From contig OZ210885.1 of NCBI GenBank assembly GCA_964658305.1, forward strand, positions 9,796,001 through 9,860,000: a stretch of DNA of 64,000 bases, read 5' to 3'. Below the pieces are notes generated by a model that worked only from the letters and a program-made list of their open reading frames with translations, did not search any database and was not told the DNA's origin. Source of the DNA: Leptogorgia sarmentosa. Its lineage: Eukaryota. Below are positions 12,774 through 23,024 of the stretch, in pieces (the stretch's first letter is position 1; each line of letters starts with the position of its first letter). Position numbers and translations under genes: made by a program.

Positions 12774-12844
12774 GCGTTGGTGATTCAGCGGTAGGATTCT
12801 CGCCTGCCACGCGGGAGACCGGGGTTCGATTCCCCGCTAACGCA
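12774..12844 (+). tRNA. tRNA-Gly(GCC) variant
   Basis: Near-identical to 12298-12368 with D-arm substitutions. Confidence 0.78.
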
Positions 12845-12934
12845 GATTATTTTCATTTTGTTGCATTTCAATTTCAACTCCAACACGAGAAACAAACTGG
12901 CTTTGTAACACAGGAATAGTCAACAAGTTATCAC

Positions 12935-13006
12935 TCCCATGTGGTCTAGTGGTTAGGATCTGGCGTTTTCACCGCCATGGCCTTGGTTCGATTCCCGGCG
13001 TGGGAA
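12935..13006 (+). tRNA. tRNA-Glu(TTC)
   Basis: TCCCATGTGGTCTAGTGGTTAGGAT..TGGCG TT TTC AC CGCCA..GGTTCGATTCC..GTGGGAA; T-stem mismatch. Confidence 0.8.
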
Positions 13007-13092
13007 TTTTTTCTGAAAATTTCAATCTGAAGCAGCTTGTGTTCACATTTTCAAACTCTTTCTCTGAAACCAAACCATTTTAACAGCGCTAC

Positions 13093-13165
13093 GACCTTGT
13101 GGCGCAATTGGTAGCGCGTCTGACTCCAGATCAGAAGGTTAAGTGTTCAATTCACTTCAAGGTCA
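13093..13165 (+). tRNA. tRNA-Trp(CCA)
   Basis: GACCTTG..GCGCAATTGGTAGCGC..TCTGA CT CCA GA TCAGA..AAGTG TTCAATT CACTT CAAGGTCA. Confidence 0.9.
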
Positions 13166-13261
13166 AGCACTTCTGGCCACGCTGTCTCTTGAAATTTTCT
13201 TCGAAATTCAAATTAAAAATATTATCGTTATTTTCACATTCCGAGAAAAGATAAATATTTC

Positions 13262-13333
13262 TCCCATGTGGTCCAGTGGTCAGGATCTGGCGCTCTCACC
13301 GCCAAGGCCCTGGTTCGATTCCCTGGATGGGAA
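13262..13333 (+). tRNA. tRNA-Glu(CTC) variant
   Basis: TGGCG CT CTC AC CGCCA anticodon arm; T-stem and acceptor mismatches. Confidence 0.7.
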
Positions 13334-13614
13334 TAATACTTGCGAGAGAAGGGGAAAAATGCAATTTGAAAAATTAGCAAGACCATTGCTATTATACTAG
13401 CTCTATCCCTCTTACCCATTCTTTTGGTGTTTTCTGTATTTAAGTCTTTGTTGACATGATCTTGCTTTTCCACAAAAAAATTGATTTTGCTGATCATGTT
13501 TAAAGTGTAACTATTTCCTAGAACTTATTCTAAATTTTTATTTGAAGGTGTTTGGTGTAAATGATCGGCATCTTGTGGAATATGAACATTACAACGAAAA
13601 GAGTAGATAACTTT

Positions 13615-13685
13615 GCGTTGGTGGTTCAGTGGTAGAATTCTCGCCTGCCACGCGGGAGACCGGGGTTCGATTCCCCGCCAAAGCA
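13615..13685 (+). tRNA. tRNA-Gly(GCC)
   Basis: Third copy; one acceptor-stem mismatch (CCAAAGCA). Confidence 0.82.
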
Positions 13686-13730
13686 GATCAAACTGGCTTT
13701 GTAACACAGGAATAGTGAACAAGTTATCAC

Positions 13731-13785
13731 TCCCATGTGGTTTAGTGGTTAGGATCTGGCGTTTTCGCCGCCATGGTCCGGCGCC
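13731..13785 (+). pseudogene. 3'-truncated tRNA-Glu
   Basis: 5' two-thirds of the Glu sequence; T-arm and acceptor 3' strand missing. Confidence 0.7.
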
Positions 13786-14237
13786 AATTCCCGTATTATC
13801 ACGTGTTTTTCATGAAATAAACTCACTCCAAAAATTTTGTTTCAGGTCACACTTCTCATTCAATCTCGAGAGTTAAGTAAATACTTTGTAACCAATTACA
13901 AAAAAAGAAATGGATGAACACTTATTCACAAAGCCTCATCAGAGATTTGAACTCTGGACCTTTGGTTTCCTAGCTGTTTTTCTAGACCAGTTCTCTCACC
14001 CCTCAGCAAAAGAGGAAACTTCTTCCCTACTGAAACTCAGAATATAAATCCAATTACGAAGTTAACTAAACTTAATTTCCGGTATTATTGCGTGTTTTTC
14101 ATGAAATAAACTCACTTCAAAAATTTTGTTTCAGGTGAGACTCCTCATACAATCTAGAGAATTAAATGCATACGTTGTAACGAATAACCCATACGGAAAT
14201 GGATGAATTCTTATTCACAATGAACACTTATTCACAC

Positions 14238-14339
14238 AGCCTCATCAGACAATTGAACTCCGGATCCCGGGTCTACGAAACCAGTGCTCTAACACCTGAG
14301 CTAACGAAACCAGTGCTCTTTCCCCTGAGCTAATGAGGC
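14238..14339 (-). pseudogene. tRNA-Thr(CGT)-like pseudogene with internal duplication (another decayed Thr copy at ~13933-14015)
   Basis: Thr body as at 14491 with duplicated ACGAAACCAGTGCTCT..CCTGAGCTA segment. Confidence 0.65.
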
Positions 14340-14490
14340 GACATGTTAAAATCCTCATATCATTCTTTTCCAACATAGTACTCTTCGAATAGCTTTTTTT
14401 ATTTCATCAGGTTTTAAATCACTGAACGGCACATAGAATACAATCTGGGCGTTCGTCTTCCACGTACTTCCAAGTTTTCGAAGAAAATAA

Positions 14491-14563
14491 AGCCTCATCA
14501 GAGATTTGAACTCTGGACCCCTGGTTTACAAGACCAGTGTTCTAACCACTGAGCTAATGAGGC
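14491..14563 (-). tRNA. tRNA-Thr(TGT)
   Basis: Reverse complement GCCTCATTAGCTCAGTGGTTAGAACA CTGGT CT TGT AA ACCAG..CAGAGTTCAAATCTCTGATGAGGCT. Confidence 0.85.
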
Positions 14564-14801
14564 AACTCCAAAGCTTGCTGTAGAATTATATTACTTTCCC
14601 ATCCTGCACTGATGTGATGTTTCAAAATGGTAAAAATAAAAGTGAAGATTATGCACTTGTTTTCATTCTTTGTAAAACGTTACCATTTATTCTTTGATTG
14701 ATTTATCAAATCGACTATATTTCAAGCTAGTAAGCGGTACTCTGAGTTGCTTGAAGATTATTTCGCATTCTCAATACTAACTTTTTGATAACGATACTTT
14801 G

Positions 14802-14874
14802 AGCCTCATCAGATATTTGAACTCTGGACCTCTGGTTTACAAGACCAGTGCTCTAACCACTGAGCTAATGAGGC
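14802..14874 (-). tRNA. tRNA-Thr(TGT)
   Basis: Second copy; one T-stem mismatch. Confidence 0.82.
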
Positions 14875-15120
14875 AAATTCTACCCATTGAAACTCAGAAT
14901 ATAAATCCAATTACGGCATTAATTGCCGATAGAATCAGAGGCCAGTTGTACGAAATTTGGATATCAACTTTATCCACTTGATAGGGATTTTTTTAACAGT
15001 TGCAAAAATAGACAAAATGTTGTAAAATGGACACATGAGCGTGGCAATCAATAAATGAAGCTGATTCTGTTCACATTCTCAAACTCGTTCTCTGAAACCA
15101 AACCTATTTAAAAGCGCTAC

Positions 15121-15193
15121 GACCTTGTGGCGCAATTGGTAGCGCGTCTGACTCCAGATCAGAAGGTTAAGTGTTCAATTCACTTCAAGGTCA
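15121..15193 (+). tRNA. tRNA-Trp(CCA)
   Basis: Same sequence as 13093-13165. Confidence 0.9.
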
Positions 15194-15289
15194 AGCACTT
15201 CTGGCCACGCTGTCTCTCGAAATTTTCTACCAAATTCAAATTAAAAATATTATCGTTATTTTAACATTCAGAGAAAAGATAAATGTTTC

Positions 15290-15361
15290 TCCCATGTAGT
15301 CCAGTGGTCAGGATCTGGCGCTCTCACCGCCAAGGCCCGGGTTCGATTCCCGGCATGGGAA
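15290..15361 (+). tRNA. tRNA-Glu(CTC)
   Basis: TCCCATG..CT CTC AC..CCGGGTTCGATTCCCGG CATGGGAA; intact acceptor and T stems. Confidence 0.85.
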
Positions 15362-15656
15362 TAATACTTGCGAGAGAAGGAAAAAAATGTGCAATTCGAG
15401 AAATTAGCAAAACCATTGCTATTATACCAGCTCTATCCCTCTTACCCATTCTTTTGGTGTTTTCTGTATTTAAGTTTTTTTGTTGACATGATATAGCTTG
15501 CTTTTCCACACAAAAAATAGATTTTACTGATCATGTTTAAAGTGTAACAATTTCCTAAAACATACTCTTATCTATCATTTGAAAGTGTTTGGTGAAAATG
15601 ATGGGCATCTTGAATTGTGGAATATGAACATTATAACGAAAAAGTTGGGCAACTTG

Positions 15657-15738
15657 GCGTTGGTGGTTCAGTGGTAGAATTATCGCTTGCCACGCCCTGC
15701 CGCGCGGGAGACCGGGGTTCGATTCACCCGCTAACACA
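15657..15738 (+). pseudogene. tRNA-Gly pseudogene with insertion in the anticodon arm
   Basis: Gly copy with duplicated TGCC..CGC segment and altered T-arm. Confidence 0.7.
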
Positions 15739-15873
15739 GATTATTTTCATTTTTTCATCCATTTTTTTTCCAAGCAGCCTTGGGCCTACGTCCCACGCGG
15801 TCACCTCAGAGTTACGTCAGTTGTAGATGTGAATGTTTAGTTGAACAACGTGAAACAGGTTGGTTGTAGCAAG

Positions 15874-15955
15874 GTAGTCGTGGCCGAGCGGTTAAGGCGA
15901 CAGACTAGAAATCTGTTGGGAGTTTCCCGCGCAGGTTCAAATCCTGCCTACTACG
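15874..15955 (+). tRNA. tRNA-Ser(AGA)
   Basis: GTAGTCGTGGCCGAGCGGTTAAGGC..ACAGA CT AGA AA TCTGT, long variable arm, GCAGGTTCAAATCCTGC. Confidence 0.88.
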
Positions 15956-16270
15956 TTATGCAAAGTCTTCAACACTTTGGCCTCAATATGTAAACATGAT
16001 TTTTTGGGGGAAAAACTCGAGGAGAGGAAGTTCTGTTCTGGGTGGTGGCGGCTGAGTGTTTTAAGTGACAGATTTCATGTACAAGTTTTCCATCCACAAA
16101 TTCAACGGAAAGAAGCCGCGTTTTTTATTGTATTAAGGTTATGAAACATGCCAAGAAAAATTTTGTATTTGAATATAAAATAGAAAATTACAGAAGTCCG
16201 TGAATTGATTATAGCTGCGTGTTTAAAAGTATATAATTATGTACGTAATTAACCTATAGTCGACTACACA

Positions 16271-16342
16271 GGGAGTGTAGCTCAGTGGTAGAGCATTCGA
16301 CTGCAGATCGAGAGGTCGGTGTATCAAATCCACCCGCTCCTT
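16271..16342 (+). tRNA. tRNA-Cys(GCA), T-arm degenerate
   Basis: GGGAGTGTAGCTCAGTGGTAGAGCA TTCGA CT GCA GA TCGAG; T-loop reads TATCAAA. Confidence 0.7.
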
Positions 16343-16540
16343 CTTATTCTACCTATAAAATGGAAAACTTTCAAATTCTTTAAAGCAGGCTGATGGGAAA
16401 TATGCGACCCAAAGAGTTGAGATGCATATACTACGATTCGTGTTAAATCTATCTACCAATACTTGAAAACGATTACTAAAATATTTTGTTGGATTTTACT
16501 GGCAAATTGAAAATTTATTCATTTCGAAGTGCAAGCGAAG

Positions 16541-16871
16541 CAACCTCGTCCCCAGGGCCTTTCTGGTGCAACGCGTGGTGGGAAGAAGGCCCTGGCAAAG
16601 GCTGGTTGTCACATGACCAAATTTTCCAACATATTTGGAAAATTTTTTCACTAAATAATCTGGTACTTTATTGGTAGAATAAAAAAATTCTTACAGCATA
16701 CTAAGAGTGCATTTTATAAATTTTCTTCGTAATGCCGATACCTTAGTGCAAAAATTTTTCAAATATGTTGGTCATGTGATGTTGTTGGTATTTGGTCATG
16801 TGACAACCAGCCTTTGCCAGGGCCTTCTTCCCACCACGCGTTGCACCAGAAAGGCCCTGGGGACGAGGTTG
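16541..16871. mobile_element. MITE with ~80-bp TIRs and 9-bp TSD
   Basis: CAACCTCGTCCCCAGGGCC..CACATGACCAA / TTGGTCATGTG..GGGGACGAGGTTG; CAAGCGAAG at 16532-16540 and 16872-16880. Confidence 0.92.
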
Positions 16872-16973
16872 CAAGCGAAGGTCAATGCCTATGTAGTCGT
16901 GGCCGAGTGGTTAAGGCGACAGACTTCAAATGGGAAATTTATATTTCTTTTCGGAAGGTTTTCAATGCAGTCA

Positions 16974-16979
16974 GTCTCT

Positions 16980-17023
<44 letters not shown>

Positions 17024-17047
17024 TTGGTTCGAGTCCAACCAGGGACG
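16974..17047 (+). tRNA. tRNA-Asn(GTT)
   Basis: GTCTCTGTGGCGCAATCGGTTAGCGCG TTCGG CT GTT AA CCGAA..GGTTCGAGTCC..CAGGGACG. Confidence 0.88.
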
Positions 17048-17170
17048 TGTTTGGTGTGATGTTATTCAGACGTCGTGATGCTAAATGTAACCGAATTTTT
17101 TACGTGGTGTTTTCTCTAAGGATTACGGAATCTTTCAAAAAACAGAACGTCTTACTTGGTTAATTAACTA

Positions 17171-17242
17171 GGGCTTGCACGGGAATCGAACCCGTGACCT
17201 CTCGCACCCAAAGCGAGAATCATACCACTAGACCAGCAAGCC
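17171..17242 (-). tRNA. tRNA-Pro(TGG)
   Basis: Reverse complement GGCTTGCTGGTCTAGTGGTATGATT CTCGC TT TGG GT GCGAG..CGGGTTCGATTCCCG TGCAAGCCC. Confidence 0.92.
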
Positions 17243-17318
17243 ATTGATGTATCAAAATGTTTTCTAATGTACTTTGTACTGACGGAGAAAAATGGGGGAT
17301 TATTAATGTAATATCTTA

Positions 17319-17387
17319 GCCGTTCCATAGAGGTTAGTACATTGCGTTGTGGCCGCAATAACCCAGGTTCGAATCCTGGTCTCGGCA
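17319..17387 (+). tRNA. tRNA-His(GTG), 5' part shortened (probable pseudogene)
   Basis: TTGCG TT GTG GC CGCAA anticodon arm, CCAGGTTCGAATCCTGG T-arm; acceptor/D region about 3 nt short. Confidence 0.65.
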
Positions 17388-17554
17388 TCTGATTCAAACA
17401 GCAAAAGTATTGTAATTACGATTACGGACATCGTCACCGCTGAAGTTCTGTTTATTATTGCCGTTGGATGTGGCCTTGGCAAAAAATCAGATTTTGACCA
17501 AAAATAATATCTATTATTTTTATATTTCTTTTCGGAAGGTTTTCAATGGAGTCG

Positions 17555-17601
17555 GTCTCTGTGGCGCAATCAGCTAGCGCGTTCGAGTCCAACCAGGGAC
17601 G
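17555..17601 (+). pseudogene. tRNA-Asn copy lacking the anticodon arm
   Basis: Duplicate of 16974-17047 (with its flanks), deleted between two GTTCG repeats. Confidence 0.8.
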
Positions 17602-18157
17602 TGTTTGGTGTGTTCAGACGTCGTGATGGTAAATGTAAGCATATTTTTGCGCGGGGTTTTGATTTTATTCAGTTGGTCTAAACGAAATTTTACTTTAATG
17701 ATGCCAAAATATTCCACAAAATACGACAACTTTTGAAAAGCATTTGATTTCGCTATTCTTCGAAAAAGTATATAGAATTTATAATTTCCAATTCATATTT
17801 TATTTGTGCCGTTTTTCACCTGGCAATTTTAGATTCTCCAACATTGGGCGAGATATTCAACTCAGCCCGAGATTGCCCTGATGTTGTTGATAAATTAGCT
17901 GGAGCAAAAGATGGATCTTGCTGGATCCTTCGGAAGAACCCACAAGGTACAAGCTCATGCTTCCGAAGCTGAAATCTACGTAATGAATCTTGCAAATAGT
18001 TTTTTAAAATTATTTTAATTAGGTTTGGTGTTATATTCACACAGACCAAGGTGTATTAATTTGTGTTGGTTGGAATGAAGAATAGTCCAGTAAGTTGGAC
18101 AGTCAAATCCGATTCGTCCCCGGTTGACCCACAAGGACCGCCACACTGGGAGATATC

Positions 18158-18496
18158 CAATCTCGTACCCTGAGCCTGCGATCTTCGTTTGGAAGAGTCG
18201 AACGCTCTGGGATAATCCATGGGGCGAGGGCAGATTTCTGTACGTCGACTGTACGTTAAATATCATTGACCATTTGGTTTGTATAGGTTTTGAAGCTTTT
18301 GTCAACTGTATATTGTATTGTATTTAATTGCAACAGTGTCAAAACTTCTTATCACACTCCTATTTCGGCCGCTATTGTTCTTTATTATTGCGAAATAACA
18401 ACAGCCAACAGCCAATCAGATTCGCGCAAATACATGGATTATCCCAGAGCCTTCGACTCTTCCAAACGAAGATTGCAGGCTCAGGGTACGAGATTA
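18158..18496. mobile_element. MITE with ~65-bp TIRs and 9-bp TSD
   Basis: CAATCTCGTACCCTGAGCCTGC..GGATAATCCATG / CATGGATTATCC..CAGGGTACGAGATTA; GGAGATATC (18149-18157) vs GGCGATATC (18497-18505). Confidence 0.88.
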
Positions 18497-18528
18497 GGCG
18501 ATATCAAAGTTCCTGATTTTAGAGTCCA

Positions 18529-18769
18529 GGGGTCGGTTGTTCGTAGCCCGTTTAGGTTATACGGCGGATAAGTCAATTTTAAATTGCACTCCCAATCGCC
18601 TTGTGAGTAAATGAACATAAATTTTAAGCACTAAATATATAGTTGTATACATAAATGTTCCTTTCAGATTGAAAGATTTTATTTTGATCGTTCGATGAAT
18701 ACATAGTCTTGTTTGATATTCTGGACTTATCCGCCGTTTAAGCTAAACGGCGTACGAACAACCGGCCCC
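18529..18769. mobile_element. MITE (Harbinger-like GGG..CCC ends)
   Basis: GGGGTCGGTTGTTCGTA..CGGCGGATAAGTC / GACTTATCCGCCG..TACGAACAACCGGCCCC. Confidence 0.75.
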
Positions 18770-18979
18770 ATGTCTCAACAAACAAAAGTTTTGATGACAC
18801 AAGAGCAGATTGGTAAGAATACACAAACTAATAATTTCTTGTTAACCATGCGCAAAGTCAGCACCGAGCTCGTCTTTTGTACCGACAGTGCACGTAGTGC
18901 GAGTTATAACAGGAAAATGATTATCTCATACGAACATATGATTGAACTTTAACACTTGCTATCATATCAGCAACTTTAC

Positions 18980-19165
18980 AATAAAGAATACCGAATGGTT
19001 TTCCGTGCAGGATTGCGTCATCCATGCACGTGGGATGTGGCGACTTTCGGAAAGCGTAAAAAATCACGAGCCGCAGGCGAGTCACTTTCCAAAACTCAAG
19101 CCACATCCCAAGTGCACTATAACGCAATCCTGCACGGAAAAATCATTTGGTAATTGTTTTATAAA
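18980..19165. mobile_element. Palindromic MITE with central GC hairpin
   Basis: TTTTCCGTGCAGGATTGCGT..GGGATGTGGC / GCCACATCCC..ACGCAATCCTGCACGGAAAA around CGAGCCGCAGGCGAGT. Confidence 0.7.
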
Positions 19166-20968
19166 ATAACTACAGTGAAACAAGGGAAAACGTTAATTTA
19201 TTTTCCATAAATACGAAAACCCTTGTTTGTTGTTTTCGATAGCAATCAAATTTTCGTATCTTTCTTTTATTTTATTGCCGACATTTTAAAAATCCCGTGA
19301 CTCGTGAGGATTATGCTCGTGAGTAAGCATTCAGAATTTTTCAATCAGGATACCTGTGCAGGATTGTCTGATCCTGCAAGGCTATTGACCAATCAAATTG
19401 CGTGTTTCACTGAAAAAAATTTGAACGATGAGCATGGTGACGTTATAACGTGCTCAATAAGAGCAGAACTGAATCATTAGACACTCGAAATATTTTCTTG
19501 TCAACAGAGATAACTTTTCTCATATGAAGAGTCCCTTAGTCTGCAAACAAACTTATAAGGATCGATGGTCCAATGTTGTATCTGTAAAACACTGCTGAAA
19601 TGAAAATATTTTAGAAAATACGACTAAGAGATAATGACGTCTGAAGTACAGTAAAGTTTGCTGATAATGCTGTAAATGTGACACCATTGCAAACATCATT
19701 GGTAATTTTACTTTTATTGACAAATATTCTACAATAATTCCATAGTTGTAAACTATAAAAATTTACACTAAAGCTAAAACAAAGTGATTTTCAAATATAT
19801 GTACAGTTGCCTCTTAAATTAATTAAATTGCTAAACATTTGCAGATATTTTCACTGTTTAATTTATTCCGTGGCAGAACCACACAGCTAATTCCTGCGGG
19901 AGCGAGAGATCGAGGAGAGACGGAAAATTTTAGTGGCAAACTATTTTAACTATCTTATACGTTTATTATACCGTCATTGAGAATTAAGAGAAAATTCTTA
20001 GCGTGACGTTTTATCAATAATTATTTGCAGCATGGACTGAATAAGAATGTTTGTAGTAAGACAGGTGAATTCAAAACAGGCAGAGTCCCACTAAAAATTT
20101 TCCCTTCCATCCCATTCCCCCTCCTGGACAGGTACAGTACGTGACGTCCACTAATAAGTTAATCACGTGTGCTAAATCACGTGTGTGTCCTGGGGGGATC
20201 CCCCCATTCCTGGCTTGAAGGGACGACTATATGACTGTGTTACATCACGTACTTGTCCCACACTGTTTACGGTTTCCCGTTTTCTTTTACTTGTGACAAT
20301 AATCATTATAAATGTCCTACAGCAATATAATACTTAATGGTAGCAAATTTTCACTCGTACACCTGAATGACGTTACCAAAGAGGTAGAATTAAGACTGTA
20401 ATTGGAATTGGAAAGTTTGTGTAGTATTAGAGTGTGCGGTATTTGTATAAGCGTTGTGTCGAAGACTCGAAGTCCTGCATGTGTGATTGTGTCGTGTGCA
20501 CTAATCTGCAGGATTTTAACAAATTAAATGTACAGCCAGGGGTCATCGCAAACTGTTGTCAAATCTCTATTATGTCCACGAAAGTAGGCATAAAATGGAA
20601 CTTATTGCGACTTTTCATTTGTTTTTTAATTGTTTTTCTATTTCGGGACAAATATGGCGCCCATTATGCAACTTTGGCGCCCCATAAAAAAGTTCACTGG
20701 GGGGGGGGGCATGGACCCCCGCCCCCCCCTGCCAGCACGCCACTGCTTACAACTAATCTGAAGACGTGCCTACATCCCTATTGGAGTACTTGTATGGAAT
20801 ACTTGAATACTCTCTACTGGAGTAAGAAGGATGTAGGAATGTTTTCAACACTAGGAACACCAAAAGCCGTCATCGCCCCCAATCTTTGGAATGCATTGTC
20901 GCCATTATTACTTAAATTCCACTATTGCTTAATAATTTCACTGGAACATTGAAGCATTTTTCAATATA

Positions 20969-22842
20969 CCGGGTGTCCCAAAAAAAAGTACCTATTTTTA
21001 ATTCAACATAACTTATAAACGAACTAAAGAATTACAATCAAATAATCCATATTTAGTTGAGTAATGTCTAACTTAAAGTTTGATATATTACATATGAAGT
21101 TTGAACGAGTAGTTTCCGAGATATTCGCGTTTAAAGACACGGTAACGTTTTGAAATTTGTCAAAAATCAGCAAAAAATGGCCTGTTAAATTTGAATCAAC
21201 AATACCGGTTCGTAACATGATTTCTTGTAACTTATTTTTTAGTTTTTTGAGAAAATGCGTTTTTTACTTGTTCTTATTCATCTGCAAATTGATGTCCACC
21301 AGCATCAACACACTTTCTTGCCCGTGTCAGCATGCCATTAAAAGACCTTTGAATCATGTGGCCGTCCAAATTGCGACATGACCTAACAATCGCCTCGCGA
21401 AGTTCTCCCAAGTTTTGAGGTTGTTGGTCTTGAGAAACTTCCCAAATCTGCTGCTTTAAATAGCCCCAGAGGAAGAAGTCACACACCGTCAGGTCAGGAG
21501 AGCGTGGAGGCCATGGCCAATCGCCGTGTTTACTCATAAGTCGACCAGGGAATTGTCCCTGTAGATATCGGATTGTTGCGTTGCTTGTGTGACACGAGGC
21601 GCCGTCCTGTTGCCACCACATTGAGTTTCTGTCAATGTTGTGCACTGGAAATTCTCTCTGAATCACGTTGTAGCGAATTATACGCATGTATTCTCTCGTA
21701 TCGAGGTTTGCACGTGTAAAATGCGGACCAAGAACAACGCCCTGTCTTGTCAGCCCAGCCCAGACCATCACTTGTTGTGCGCCTTGCATATGACCAACGT
21801 AATGGTCGTGTGGATGCCCATCACCACGTGCTGCGTACTTCCTCACGTTTCGCGAGTTTATCTCGGAATTCAAGCTAAAGACAGCCTCGTCTGACACTAT
21901 AAGCTTGTCAAGGAAATCGGGATTTTCGGCAACGGTGTTCAGGAGACGGTTGCAGAAAGCCAGGCGTTGTGCTGGGTCGCCGTGTCTGATTTTTTGCCTT
22001 CGAATTATCACGTACGGGTGAAATTTGATGTCGAAGTGTACAATACGCTGGAATGTGCTACGGGTCAATCCTAGGCCATTTCTTCGACACGACCTATTCC
22101 CGTTGTCCAGGAGCGATTCACGTACTAACTCGACGTTTTCTGCAGTTCGTCCCGTCCTTGGTCTGCCACTTCGTCCCTTGTTCAGGTCAAGACAACTACC
22201 TTCTTGTAGAAACTTGCGATAAGTTTTGACTACACTTCGTCTTGTAGGCCTCGGGTCGTTGTTCCATCGCTCATCCCATCGTCTTAAAACTTCATATGCG
22301 TTATTCGTTCTAGCATACTCTAAGCAAACCCAAACTCTTTGATCTTTCGTCAAGCGAGGCATGTTTTATTGCAATATTAACTCAAGACGTTTGTCGCGAT
22401 AACTTAAGAAGAACTACGTTTCTTGCTTGCGTTCGTAAGTTGGAATTCCATCAGGTCCCAAGAGACATAAAATAATGATGTAAAACTCAACAATAACTGA
22501 AAACTTACATGTTAAACCTTACAAATTCAGAAATGCGTTGTATGGACTTAACGCATTTTCTCAAAAAACTAAAAAATAAGTTACAAGAAACCATGTTACG
22601 AACCGGTATTGTTGATTCAAATTTAAAAGGCCATTTTTTGCTGATTTTTGACAAATTTCAAAACGTTACTGTGTCTTTAAACGCGAATATCTCGGAAACT
22701 ACTCGTTCAAACTTCATATGTAATATATCAAACTTTAAGTTAGACATTACTCAACTAAATATGGATTATTTGATTGTAATTCTTTAGTTCGTTTATAAGT
22801 TATGTTGAATTAAAAATAGGTACTTTTTTTTGGGACACCCGG
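20969..22842 (-). mobile_element. Full-length Tc1/mariner element (DD41D, rosa/Visitor type)
   Basis: ~293-bp TIRs (20969-21261 / 22550-22842, about 3 mismatches seen) starting CCGGGTGTCCCAAAA; TA flanks on both sides; single transposase ORF. Confidence 0.96.
21274..22362 (-). CDS. DD41D transposase, 362 aa, intact
   Basis: N-terminal HTH with RSGRPR; catalytic SDEAVF, WQQDGA, SPDLTVCDFFLWG; 41 residues counted between the 2nd and 3rd Asp. Confidence 0.95.
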   Translation of the reverse strand: MPRLTKDQRVWVCLEYARTNNAYEVLRRWDERWNNDPRPTRRSVVKTYRKFLQEGSCLDLNKGRSGRPRTGRTAENVELVRESLLDNGNRSCRRNGLGLTRSTFQRIVHFDIKFHPYVIIRRQKIRHGDPAQRLAFCNRLLNTVAENPDFLDKLIVSDEAVFSLNSEINSRNVRKYAARGDGHPHDHYVGHMQGAQQVMVWAGLTRQGVVLGPHFTRANLDTREYMRIIRYNVIQREFPVHNIDRNSMWWQQDGASCHTSNATIRYLQGQFPGRLMSKHGDWPWPPRSPDLTVCDFFLWGYLKQQIWEVSQDQQPQNLGELREAIVRSCRNLDGHMIQRSFNGMLTRARKCVDAGGHQFADE

Positions 22843-23024
22843 TATATACTTCTGAGATTCCCGAAATACCTGGAATGGTGTTTATTTTGGTAAAAAAATA
22901 GTGATAATCGAATATTAGTATAGAATCTTACTCACTACAAGAGATAATGATATTGCTACTCCACATATCCATATTTCCACGTTTAATATTCATTTCAGAC
23001 AATGTTGCAATTTCTCTGAAGTCT

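Noticed and set aside
16893..16931. Selenocysteine tRNA
   Set aside because: Body is canonical tRNA-Ser and truncated; lacks tRNA-Sec arms.
11975..17400. Numerous 60-100 aa ORFs and repeat-spacer periodicity resembling a CRISPR array
   Set aside because: The ORFs overlap tRNA genes; the repeats are tRNAs with duplicated, non-unique spacers; no cas genes; eukaryotic context.
17830..18120. Two exon-like segments on the + strand (DSPTLGEIF.., VWCYIHTDQG..)
   Set aside because: Too short to assign; no recognisable domain.
20434..20952. 172-aa ORF
   Set aside because: Runs across a hAT-like MITE end (poly-G/C, CACGCCACTG); no protein-like motifs.
21024..22787. Near-identical small ORFs 21024-21218 (-) and 22509-22787 (+)
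   Set aside because: Artefacts of the two TIRs of the mariner element.
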